Source of the DNA: Planctomycetota bacterium
GTDB lineage: Bacteria; Planctomycetota; MHYJ01; WSZJ01
Reading direction: 5' to 3'
Assembly (NCBI GenBank): GCA_038060895.1
Contig: JBBTCT010000016.1
Location: forward strand, 36,020 to 100,019
DNA: 64,000 nt
The notes beneath the pieces were generated by a model. The model saw only the letters and a program-made list of their open reading frames with translations. It had not been told where the DNA came from and ran no database searches. This document shows positions 17,546 to 26,358 of the stretch, piece after piece. Positions within the stretch are counted from its first letter, which is position 1. Every line of letters begins with the position of its first letter. The position numbers and the translations under genes were made by a program.

Positions 17546-19648
17546 ATGCCCGCCTACACCGACCTTGTCCGCGACCACCACGCGCTCGTCTACCGCGTGG
17601 CGCTCGGCGTGCTGCGCGACAGCGCCGCCGCCGAGGACGTCGCGCAGGACGTCTTCCTCTCGTTTTTCGTCGACCCGGGAGCTCTCGACCGCGCGCAGAA
17701 CGTCCGCGCCTTCGTGTGCCGGGCCGCGCTGAACCGCGCGCTGGACGTGCGGAAGGCGGGGCTGCGGCGGGCCGTGCGAGAGTCGGCGGTCAGCGGGAGG
17801 AAAGAACCCATGAGTGCGATCGATGTCATTTTCCGTCGCGAGCTGCGTGACAAGGTGTCGGAGTTGCCCGAAATCCAGCGGCAGGCCGTCGATCTGCACT
17901 ACTTCCAGGGCCTGACGCTCGCCGAGACGGCCGAAGTCCTGGACATCCCCAGCGGCACCGCGTCCCGCCGGATCAGCGACGCGGTCGCGACGTTGCGGAA
18001 GTGGCTCTCAGCTGCCGCCTTCGTCGGGCTGGTCGCCGTCCTCGAGGGCGAGCTCAGCGCTCTCGAAGCGGCGCCGGTGCCGCACGGGCTGGCCGCGAGG
18101 CTGATCCGGTTGCCCAGGGTGCGCCCCGCCCCGCCGCGGTCGCTCGGCAGCAAGATGCTCCGGGGCGCGGGGGCCCTTTGCGTCGCGGTGTTCCTGGCGT
18201 TCCTGGCCGGGATCACGATGGAAGCGCGCGAGTCGCAGGACCGGCTCCATTGCGTGACAGCGGAGTTCCGGATCGAACCTCCGGCCGATCCGACTTCCGG
18301 CAGCGAGACCGGGCCTGATCATGGCGTCGGCGCGATCGAAATCGCCGCTTCGCCTGTGGCCTGCCCCGCCGAGACCGTCGAAGCGCTGGCAGAATTCGAG
18401 CAGACGATCGAGGGGTTCCTCTTCCGCACGTCTGACGGACTCTTCCTTGCAGGCGAGATCGTTCCTGATGCCGGGGAGCAGATCGTGCTCCGGACCGGGC
18501 TTCACCGGCCCTTCGACGGCCGGATCTGGAAACTCGCCGGCGGTGGCCTCGAGTCCTGGCCCGCTTCCGACACGACAAATTTCACGCCCTTTCTCCAGGA
18601 CGCCGGCGCCGCGGCTTCCGCCCCGCACGCCCGGGTGAGGCTCCGCGCGAGAGTGCCGGCGGCGCCGCAGAGGTGGCAGGTGGCGCTTCAGAAGCAGGTC
18701 CAACCGCAATTCGGTTACCTGGACATCATGGATAACTCTCTTTCTACCGGACCTGACGGAGCGGTCCGGATTGTGCGATTCGAACGCGATTCGGTGGAAG
18801 TGCAGCAGCCGGATCCGAGGGAATCGACGCTGATGTACCGCCTTTCCGATCCCGCGTCCGACTCCGGGAGCGGAGACGTGGCCGAAGCGATCTGGTTGAT
18901 GAACGAAGCGCAGGAACTGTCTGAGCGGTCGGTCGAGCTCGCGACGGTGTCGCGCGTGCTGCTCGAGGAAGTTGTGCAGCGCCGGCGCGAGGAAATGCCC
19001 GCTCCGGAGATCGCGACCGTGCTCGAGGTGCTCGAAGTCGAGCTGCTGTCCGACGCGTGGCTCGAGGCGTGGAGGGACCTGTACGCGACTGCGTCGAGGA
19101 TCCACGCAGGCGCGGAGTCCGTTCCTGACGATTCTGCCAGCGCCGTTCAACTTGGCGAAGCGATCCGCCGCGTCCGGCTCGCCCGCGCCGGCCAGACGCC
19201 GGCGGCGTGGCGCATCCGCATGGAGCACAAGTTCGCCGCCGCGGCCGTGGCGACGCTCGCCGCCCGGGGTTACTCAAACCTGATGCCGGGAATGCCCACG
19301 GTGGCGGAACTTCGTGAAGCCTTCCTTGCGGCCAGCTCACCCGAAGCGCTCAAGGCGATCCTGGAATCCCGCTGGGGGATCGAAAGCCTGTCGCTGACAA
19401 TGAACGTCCTGGCGAGCGGCGCTTCCGGGTGCAAAGGCCTGGAGTTGAAGCTGGGGTCCGGGAGCGATCCGAACGTGCTTGACTACGACATCGAGGTCGC
19501 GCAGGACGGCGGAGCCCTGGCGGACCCGGTCCTGCCCGCAGTGGTATCGATGGCTGACATCGTCGCGCTTCCACGGGACGACTTTCTCGCCCAGCAGGCG
19601 GCGACTCGCAATCTCCGCCTGGGGCAAGCGAACACACCGAACTGGTAA
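17546..19648 (+). CDS. ECF sigma factor fused to TM and extracytoplasmic domain, no PDZ (copy 2)
   Basis: AEDVAQDVF, LPEIQR, SGTASRRI, TM GALCVAVFLAFLAGI. Shares EGFL, PxARV and ELLSxxWL motifs with copies 1 and 3. Confidence 0.88.
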   Translation: MPAYTDLVRDHHALVYRVALGVLRDSAAAEDVAQDVFLSFFVDPGALDRAQNVRAFVCRAALNRALDVRKAGLRRAVRESAVSGRKEPMSAIDVIFRRELRDKVSELPEIQRQAVDLHYFQGLTLAETAEVLDIPSGTASRRISDAVATLRKWLSAAAFVGLVAVLEGELSALEAAPVPHGLAARLIRLPRVRPAPPRSLGSKMLRGAGALCVAVFLAFLAGITMEARESQDRLHCVTAEFRIEPPADPTSGSETGPDHGVGAIEIAASPVACPAETVEALAEFEQTIEGFLFRTSDGLFLAGEIVPDAGEQIVLRTGLHRPFDGRIWKLAGGGLESWPASDTTNFTPFLQDAGAAASAPHARVRLRARVPAAPQRWQVALQKQVQPQFGYLDIMDNSLSTGPDGAVRIVRFERDSVEVQQPDPRESTLMYRLSDPASDSGSGDVAEAIWLMNEAQELSERSVELATVSRVLLEEVVQRRREEMPAPEIATVLEVLEVELLSDAWLEAWRDLYATASRIHAGAESVPDDSASAVQLGEAIRRVRLARAGQTPAAWRIRMEHKFAAAAVATLAARGYSNLMPGMPTVAELREAFLAASSPEALKAILESRWGIESLSLTMNVLASGASGCKGLELKLGSGSDPNVLDYDIEVAQDGGALADPVLPAVVSMADIVALPRDDFLAQQAATRNLRLGQANTPNW

Positions 19649-19767
19649 GCAAGTCCGTGTCGCGAATGGGGTTGGAGTTGGCGTTTTCCTCGGCATTTTT
19701 GATTCCTCCCGACCAGCCTGCACTCCCACCGGCGTCGTATGATCGGACCCTGAACAAGGAACCGATC

Positions 19768-21425
19768 ATGCCTACCTACGAATCCCTCGTCCGCGACTAC
19801 CACTCCCTCGCGTTCCGCGTTGCGCGCTCCATCGTGCGCGACGACTCTTCAGCCGAGGACGCCGTGCAGGACGTGTACCTCCGGTTTCTCCGTGACCCCT
19901 CCGCCCTGGATCGCGTTTCGAACCTGAAAGCGTTCGTTGCGCGGGCGGCTGTGAATGCGGCGCTGGACCAGAAGCGCAGCGCGGGGCGGCGGGAGAAACA
20001 CGAAAACGAGGCGATGAGGAGGGAGTCTGCGATGAGCGACAGAGCGAACCGGTCGAATCCTGTGGCGCCAACGCATCGAATGTGTCGAAGAAGGCTCCCG
20101 CGACCGAGGCCGCAGCACTGGACCTGAAACCCTCGAACGACAGTCCCGTCGTCGCGGCTGCTGCCGGCGAAACGATCCTCGAGGGCTTCCTCTTTCGCCG
20201 CGGCGACGGCGTCTACGTGAGCGACGTCGGCGCGTGGGATCACCGGCCGAAGCAGACGATCTGGAATCCGGACGCCGTTGAAGAGGAGCGGTGGCGCGAG
20301 TCGCTGACGTTGCGCCCGATCGAAGGACTTCCGGCGGTCGAGCCGTGCGGGTTCGGGGATTTCATCGACCGGGACGGCACGCCCGGGACGGCGCCGCGGG
20401 CTCGCGTGAAACTGAAAGTGCTCGGCGGCCAGCGCCCGCCGCCGGCGAAGAAAACGGAAAACGAGGGCGGACTCCCGGGTTGGCGCGAGGCGCGCTCGTT
20501 CCCGCCTCAGAACGCCGAACTCGTCGCCGTGCTCGAACGCGAAATCCTCTCTCCCGCGTGGCTCACTTCGTGGCGCGACATGATGCGAGCGGCGGACGAA
20601 CTCTGGGCCGCGTGGTCGCTTGAGCCCGGCATGGACAAGCGCACGAAAGTTCTCGAGGCCGCGACGAAGTTCGCCCAGGCATGGGAAGTCGCCCGCGCTT
20701 CCCGCAAGGGCGAATCTCTCTCGAACTGGCGTGTCGGCCGCGAGTCGGAGTTCGCCTCCAACGTCGCCAACCGGCTCCGCACCGTCGGCCTCGACCGCAT
20801 CCTTCCTGCCTGGCCGACGAGCGAGGAACTTCACGCCGTCCTCATGGACGCCGCTTCCCCCGCCGCCCTCCGGGACACCGTCGTCGCACGCTGGGGCGAG
20901 GAAGCGGTGCTCCTGGAGACGTACGGCTACCGCTCGACCGGGCCCGGCTCATGGTCGTACCGGCAGATCGGGATCGAAGAGGTGGCTGCGATGGAGCCGG
21001 CGGCGTTCGAGAGTTTCAAGAAGGAGCTCGAAGGGATCGAGAACAACCGGCCCCAGGCGCCGGACGCGGCGGCCATTGGGGAGAGCTCTCGCAAGGCCCG
21101 CGAGCGCATCGCCGTCACCGGCCTCTCGGTCGCGCCGCTGACATCGATCGACCGCGAACGCTTCATCGTGGACTGCGGCCTCTGCGTGGTGAGCGTGGTG
21201 CAGGGGAGTCCTGCGGAGCGGGCGGGGCTCAAGACAGGGGACCTGCTGTGGAAGGCCGTGATGGACCTGCAGCAGAAACAGGACAAGGTTCGCGGCGAAG
21301 TGCCGGTCCATGACGAGCGCGGGCTCGCCAGCTACCTGGACGCGGCCGCCGAAACAGGGGACGGATCGCTGGAGATGAAGGTGGTCCGCGAAACGGGCGT
21401 TGAAACCGTGAAGCTCGCGAAGTAG
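19768..21425 (+). pseudogene. Copy 3: sigma region 2 joined out of frame to extracytoplasmic domain and PDZ (region 4 and TM missing)
   Basis: MPTYESLVRDY...AEDAVQDVY...RESAMS (19768 to about 20037), then a different frame (ORF 20082-21425) carries EGFLFRRGDG and the PDZ motif GSPAERAGLKTGDLL. Confidence 0.78.
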
Positions 21426-21574
21426 CCGGGCTTCACGGCCGGGGCGGTTTGCGATCCGGTTCCGGATCGGCGCAGGATCCGCTCATTCAGGTGGGGACGC
21501 CGGCTTTCGGCAGGATCCACTTCATCAGCACGAACCACGCGACGGCGATGCCGACATAGAGAAGCCATTCCACG

Positions 21575-22006
21575 TTATGCCTCCTTTGCAGTCAGCGTTG
21601 ACGCGGTGCGCGGCTCGGTGAGCACTCCGAAGAGCCACGTGCCGGTAAGAATTCCTGCTACGGTGAACACGGCGTAGAGTTTTCCTTCGCCGATCTGGGC
21701 GAGCGCCGTGCCGGGGCACGCGCCGGAGAGCGCCCATCCTGCGCCGAAGACGAGGCCGGCGAGGAAGAGGCCCTTCTTCATCGGCTTGGGTTTCAGGTCG
21801 ATCGGCTCGCCGTTGATCGCGCGGGCGCCGCTTCGCTTGAGCAGGAACATCCCGAGTGCGCCGACGCCGATCGCGACGCCGATGACGCCCATGAGGTGGA
21901 GATCCTGGAGGCGGAACATGCCGGCGATCGCGTCGTAGTCGGTGGCGCGGGCGCGGGAGAGGATGAATCCGAAGAGGGCTCCGAACAGCAGGTAAGCGAA
22001 GCGCAT
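21575..22006 (-). CDS. YeeE/YedE-family small sulfur-transport membrane protein (DUF6691/PmpB-like)
   Basis: GALFGF, FGAGWALSGACPG, four TM helices. Confidence 0.88.
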   Translation of the reverse strand: MRFAYLLFGALFGFILSRARATDYDAIAGMFRLQDLHLMGVIGVAIGVGALGMFLLKRSGARAINGEPIDLKPKPMKKGLFLAGLVFGAGWALSGACPGTALAQIGEGKLYAVFTVAGILTGTWLFGVLTEPRTASTLTAKEA

Positions 22007-22007
22007 G

Positions 22008-22502
22008 TCAGGCGACTCCGAAGGCGCGGAAGAGGAGCTGGGTGACGCCGAAGCCGGCGGCCATGAAACCGACGGTGGCGATCAACGAGGCCTTTGAGCC
22101 GAGAGCGATGCCGACGATGGAGTGGCCGCTCGTACAGCCGCCGGCCCAGCGGGCGCCGAGGCCGACGAGGGCGCCGCCGGAGAAGGCGGCGATTCCGGTG
22201 AGGACGGGGCTGCCGCCGAAGGCGTGGAGGGAAGTCGCGAGGTGCGGGCCGCCGGCGAGAAGGGCTGCGGCGAGACCGCCGAGGGGGAGCCCGGCGAGGA
22301 ACCACGGGCGCCACGTCTCGCAGAACGGTTTCTGCTTCCAGGCGGACATGCGGGAGAAGAAGCCGCATGTGGAACCGTAGCCGCTGGAGATCCCCAGCGG
22401 CTTGCCGGTCGTCCAGGCGAGGAGGATCACGAACAGCCCGATTCCCCCGCCCGCGGCCCACCAGGGCCAGGGTTGGACGAAGACGTGGTCGAAAAAGCTC
22501 AT
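22008..22502 (-). CDS. YeeE/YedE-family small sulfur-transport membrane protein (PmpA-like)
   Basis: LGISSGY, GGALVGLGARWAGGCTSGHSIVG. ATG overlaps the upstream stop. Confidence 0.88.
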   Translation of the reverse strand: MSFFDHVFVQPWPWWAAGGGIGLFVILLAWTTGKPLGISSGYGSTCGFFSRMSAWKQKPFCETWRPWFLAGLPLGGLAAALLAGGPHLATSLHAFGGSPVLTGIAAFSGGALVGLGARWAGGCTSGHSIVGIALGSKASLIATVGFMAAGFGVTQLLFRAFGVA

Positions 22503-23896
22503 CTGGAAATCTCCTGCGGTTTCATCGCCTGCCACGCCACCCATCCGCCGGCCACGTCGATGGTGGAGCGTAGTCCGATCCTCGCCAGCAGGCTTGCAGC
22601 CAGGGAGGACCGATAGCCCGTACGGCAAATCAGCGCGAGCGTCCGGCCGTGCGGAAGCTTCGAAGCTTCCTTCGTGAGCCGGTTCAGCGGCACGTTGACG
22701 CTTCCTTCGATGTGCCCTGCCGCGAATTCGCGCGGCGTCCGGACATCGACCACGAGCGGCGCATCCGGTTCCGTGAGCATTGCGACGATGTCCCACGGTC
22801 CGGCGCGGTGCGACGCCTCGACCAGCTCCGGACGGGATTTCCAGGCGCCGGGGCCGTCCTGCAGGAACCCGGCCACGTTGTCGTACCCGATCCGGCCAAG
22901 CCTCATGGCCGACTCCTCTTCCATTCCGGGCTCGCTCACGATGGCGATCCGCCCGGCGCGGTCGAGGACAGTGCCGGCCCAGGTCGCGTACTGGCCGCCC
23001 AGCCCGATGTTGAGAGAACCGGCGAGATGCCCCGCCGCGAATGCGTCGGCGTCGCGCGTGTCCACGATCGTCACGCCGTCGTTTGCGAGGCGGAGAAGGG
23101 CCTCGAGGGGGAGGGGCTGAAGCGCCGCGGCCAGCGTCTCGTCCATCGTGGCGTGCTCCGCCTGGTTCATGAGGCGGTCGTGGATGAAGTAACCAGGCGC
23201 TTCGGGCTGCTCGGCCAGGACGGAGCGGATGAAATCCTCGCGAGACATCGGGCGGAGAGCCGGATTCTTCGCACGCTCGGCGCCGATCGTCGAGGAGTTT
23301 TCGGGGCCGAGGTTCTTGCCGCAAAGGGAACCCGCGCCGTGGGCGGGGTAGACGAGCGTCTCGTCCGGCAGGGCCAGGAGTTTCTTGTGGAGCGAGTCAT
23401 ACAGCATCGAGCCGAGATCCTCGGCCTTGAGGCCGACGGCGCCCAGCAGGTCCGGGCGGCCGACGTCGCCGACGAAGAGTGCGTCGCCCGTGAGGACGGC
23501 GTGGGGGGCGCGTTCGGACTTTGCGAGGTCGTAAACGACGATCGAGATCGACTCGGGGGTGTGGCCGGGAGTGGCCAGGATGCGCAGGCGCACGTCGCCG
23601 AATTCGAGGGTATCGCCGTCGTGGAGCTCCGTGTGCTGGAATCCAGGTTTGGCGCCTGCGCCGAGATAGATGCGGGCGCCGACGCGTTCCCGCAGTTCGA
23701 GGTGCCCTGCGACGAAATCCGCGTGAAGGTGTGTGAGGAACACGTGGTAGAGGTCGAGTCCCAGCGCCTGCGCATCGTCGATGTACTTCTGCACGTCGCG
23801 CTGCGGGTCCACGACAATGGCGGTGCGGGTGCGCGTGTCGGCGATCAGATAGGAGGCGTGAGAGAGACAGCCGAGGTAGTACTGTTTGAAGATCAT
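22499..23896 (-). CDS. MBL-fold persulfide dioxygenase fused to two rhodanese domains (CstB-like)
   Basis: CLSHASY, THLHADF, TPGHTPE, GDVGRPDL, HGAGSLCG. Rhodanese DVRTPREFAAGHI..CRTGYRS. Confidence 0.92.
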   Translation of the reverse strand: MIFKQYYLGCLSHASYLIADTRTRTAIVVDPQRDVQKYIDDAQALGLDLYHVFLTHLHADFVAGHLELRERVGARIYLGAGAKPGFQHTELHDGDTLEFGDVRLRILATPGHTPESISIVVYDLAKSERAPHAVLTGDALFVGDVGRPDLLGAVGLKAEDLGSMLYDSLHKKLLALPDETLVYPAHGAGSLCGKNLGPENSSTIGAERAKNPALRPMSREDFIRSVLAEQPEAPGYFIHDRLMNQAEHATMDETLAAALQPLPLEALLRLANDGVTIVDTRDADAFAAGHLAGSLNIGLGGQYATWAGTVLDRAGRIAIVSEPGMEEESAMRLGRIGYDNVAGFLQDGPGAWKSRPELVEASHRAGPWDIVAMLTEPDAPLVVDVRTPREFAAGHIEGSVNVPLNRLTKEASKLPHGRTLALICRTGYRSSLAASLLARIGLRSTIDVAGGWVAWQAMKPQEISR

Positions 23897-23933
23897 GGCG
23901 TTGGCTCCTGTTCGATAGATGAAAGGGAGTCAT

Positions 23934-23950
23934 CGCAATCCCCATACCGC
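23934..23950 (-). promoter_or_regulatory. Sigma54 (-24/-12) promoter
   Basis: Minus strand reads CGGTATGGGGATTGCG, i.e. GG-N10-GC with TTGC, about 40 nt before the MBL-rhodanese start and next to a sigma54 activator gene. Confidence 0.75.
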
Positions 23951-24020
23951 ATAGAGAGTAGTGATTAACTCATTGTTGCTAAACGCTTTAAGAAGAAAGT
24001 GTGCTGCTCAAGTGCGCGTT

Positions 24021-24039
24021 GTTAACTTATTAAGTTAAC
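24021..24039. promoter_or_regulatory. Palindromic upstream activator site GTTAACTTA-T-TAAGTTAAC
   Basis: Perfect 9-bp inverted repeat in an AT-rich tract about 70-90 bp upstream of the -24 box. An IHF-like TAACTCATTGTTG lies between them (23966-23978). Confidence 0.62.
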
Positions 24040-24054
24040 GCAATTATGTTTACG

Positions 24055-25431
24055 TTAGCCCCCTATCTCCATCCCCAGCCGCTTCAGCTTCTTCCACAAC
24101 GTCACACGGCTCCACCCGAGCGCCTTCGCCGCCTCCGCCTTGTTCCCTCCCGCCGCACCCAACGCCGCTTCAATTCGCTTTCTCTCCGCATCGCCGACCT
24201 CCGTCACCGGCCGTCCCGCTCGCGCCTGCGGCTTCGATCGCACTTCGGCCGGCAAATCCAGCAGACGGATCCGGTCCCCATTCGCATTCACGAGCGCGTG
24301 CTCGATCGTGTTGCGGAGCTCGCGGATGTTCCCGGGCCAGGCGTGGGCCAGGAGGCGCTGAAGCGCCTCTTTCGCAATTCCGCCCACGTTTTTCTTCATC
24401 GTCGCGGAGATCTCCTTGCGGAAAATCTCTGCGAGCAGCGGAATGTCTTCCCGCCGGTCGCGCAGGGGAGGGAGCGCGATCTCGAAAACGCGGATGCGGT
24501 AGTAGAAGTCGTCGCGGATCGCGCCGGTCTTCAGCGCCGCCGCGAGATCGCGGTTGGTCGCCGTCACGACCCGCACGTCGATCTTGCGCGTCCGTTCGTC
24601 CCCGACCCGCCGCACCTCGCGCTCCTGCAGCGCCCGCAGCAGCTTCACCTGGATCATCGGTGGAACCTCGCCGATCTCGTCGAGGAAGAGCGTCCCTTTG
24701 TCGGCCGCTTCGAACAACCCGGTCTTGTCTCGGGCGGCGCCCGTGAACGCGCCTTTGACGAATCCGAAGAGTTCGCTTTCCAGGAGTGTTTCGGGGATCG
24801 CCGAGCAGTTCACCGTGATGAGCGGCCCGCCCTTCCGCGCGGACAACTCGTGAATCGCGCGCGCCGCGAGCTCCTTCCCGGTCCCCGACTCGCCCGTCAG
24901 CAGCACGGTCACGTCGCTCTGGGCCGCGAGCCTGAGCCGACGGAAGACTTCCTGCATCGGAGCGCTCTTCCCGACCATCTTCCCGAACGCGTCGCGCCGG
25001 CCGGCCTGTTCTTCCAGGAGCGCGATCTTCTCGTTGGCTGCCACGAAGGACGTCAGGTCGCTGAACGTCCCCACGGCCCCCGCGATGGCGCCCTTCTCGT
25101 CCTTCAGCACCCTCACGTTTCCGTGCAGAAGCAGCTCGCGGCCGTCCTTCGCGAGGAACTTGCACTCCTGCTCGCAGATTCCGGCCGGGGCCTGTTCCGG
25201 AGAAGAGAGCAGGTCCGCCAGCGTCGCGAATCCCTTGCAGTTGGGGCCCTGAAGAAGCGTACACGGCTTGCCCACGACCTCGGACGCGGGAAACCCCGTG
25301 ATTCGTTCGGCGCCTTCGCTCCAGCCGGCGAACGTTCCGCGGGCGTCCACGGTGAATACTCCGTCGGCCATCGCGTCGACGATCGACGCAAGCACGCGGG
25401 GATCCTTGCGAAAATCGAGTTCCATGGTCAC
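24055..25431 (-). CDS. PAS-domain sigma54-dependent transcriptional activator
   Basis: PAS N-terminus, GESGTGKE, ESELFG..GAFTGA, LFLDEIGE, WPGNIREL, Fis-type HTH. Confidence 0.95.
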   Translation of the reverse strand: MTMELDFRKDPRVLASIVDAMADGVFTVDARGTFAGWSEGAERITGFPASEVVGKPCTLLQGPNCKGFATLADLLSSPEQAPAGICEQECKFLAKDGRELLLHGNVRVLKDEKGAIAGAVGTFSDLTSFVAANEKIALLEEQAGRRDAFGKMVGKSAPMQEVFRRLRLAAQSDVTVLLTGESGTGKELAARAIHELSARKGGPLITVNCSAIPETLLESELFGFVKGAFTGAARDKTGLFEAADKGTLFLDEIGEVPPMIQVKLLRALQEREVRRVGDERTRKIDVRVVTATNRDLAAALKTGAIRDDFYYRIRVFEIALPPLRDRREDIPLLAEIFRKEISATMKKNVGGIAKEALQRLLAHAWPGNIRELRNTIEHALVNANGDRIRLLDLPAEVRSKPQARAGRPVTEVGDAERKRIEAALGAAGGNKAEAAKALGWSRVTLWKKLKRLGMEIGG

Positions 25432-26237
25432 GGCAGCGTGAACTCGATGTCCCTGGTGACCGTCGCACCGCCGAGGTGATCGCGGACCGTCGCGTGAAGC
25501 ACCCAGCTCCCGTTCGCGTCCTCCCCCTTCAGCGTGAACGTGTCCGTGAACGTCGCCGCCGCCGCATTGCCTTCTCCGTCGATCGTCTTGAAGTCGGCGT
25601 TTTTGATCTCCTGCCCCTTCGGTCCCTTGAGCAGGATCCCGTGAGTGGCCGCTATCCGCTTGTTCGCGCCGCGCGCTTCCGATTTCAGGCCGTGCACTTC
25701 GAAGTTCACGGTGACCTCGAACCCGCCTTCGATTTTCTTCTTCTGGATATCGACGTTTCTGAATTCCGGCGAGCCTTCCGGCGGCGGCGCTTCCGCGACC
25801 GCTCCGTAAGTCGTCGCCTCGATCTTCAGGCCCACGACCTTCCAGCCGTCTTTGTCCGCGAGCTGGAGCTCGACCGCGCGCGTCTTGCCGTCCTTCCCGG
25901 GCAGGGCGACGTTCACGCGGCCCAGCGTCACGCCGTTCTTCGTCTCAATGAAGCGCCCCGTGACCGTCCACCCGGTGCCCCAGGTGCCCGGTTCCCGGAG
26001 CAGTTCCTCGACGGGCACCCCCGGGTCGCACAGCCCCTTAGCCTTCGCCGCGTCGCCACCCGACATCGCCTGCAGAAACTCCTCCCCGGCCTTCACCGGC
26101 GCGGCCGTGACTTTGACGATCGCGAAGAGGCATCCGCCGATGAGCAGGCCTCCCAGCATCATGACGCCGACGCAACCGATGACGATCCACTTCAGCGGAC
26201 TGCTGCGGGGCGGCGGGGCCTGCTGCATCATCACCAT
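25428..26237 (-). CDS. Membrane-anchored hypothetical protein (NTF2-like plus Ig-like domains), paralog A
   Basis: N-terminal TM with IGC. Colinear similarity to 26359-27159. Stop overlaps the activator ATG. Confidence 0.75.
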   Translation of the reverse strand: MVMMQQAPPPRSSPLKWIVIGCVGVMMLGGLLIGGCLFAIVKVTAAPVKAGEEFLQAMSGGDAAKAKGLCDPGVPVEELLREPGTWGTGWTVTGRFIETKNGVTLGRVNVALPGKDGKTRAVELQLADKDGWKVVGLKIEATTYGAVAEAPPPEGSPEFRNVDIQKKKIEGGFEVTVNFEVHGLKSEARGANKRIAATHGILLKGPKGQEIKNADFKTIDGEGNAAAATFTDTFTLKGEDANGSWVLHATVRDHLGGATVTRDIEFTLP

Positions 26238-26358
26238 GGCGTTCTCCCGGGCCGGTCGAGGGGAAGCGCGCCCAGGCCGGCCGGCCCCGGGCGTGCCCGA
26301 ATGATGAATCGAACGACGGGGCGGATTGTAACTCCCGATTCCGTTACGCCGGGAATCG

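Noticed and set aside
20030-20127. Programmed frameshift or stop readthrough joining the two halves of ECF copy 3
   Set aside because: No slippery heptamer is evident, and joining would still lack region 4 and the TM, so a deletion is the simpler explanation.
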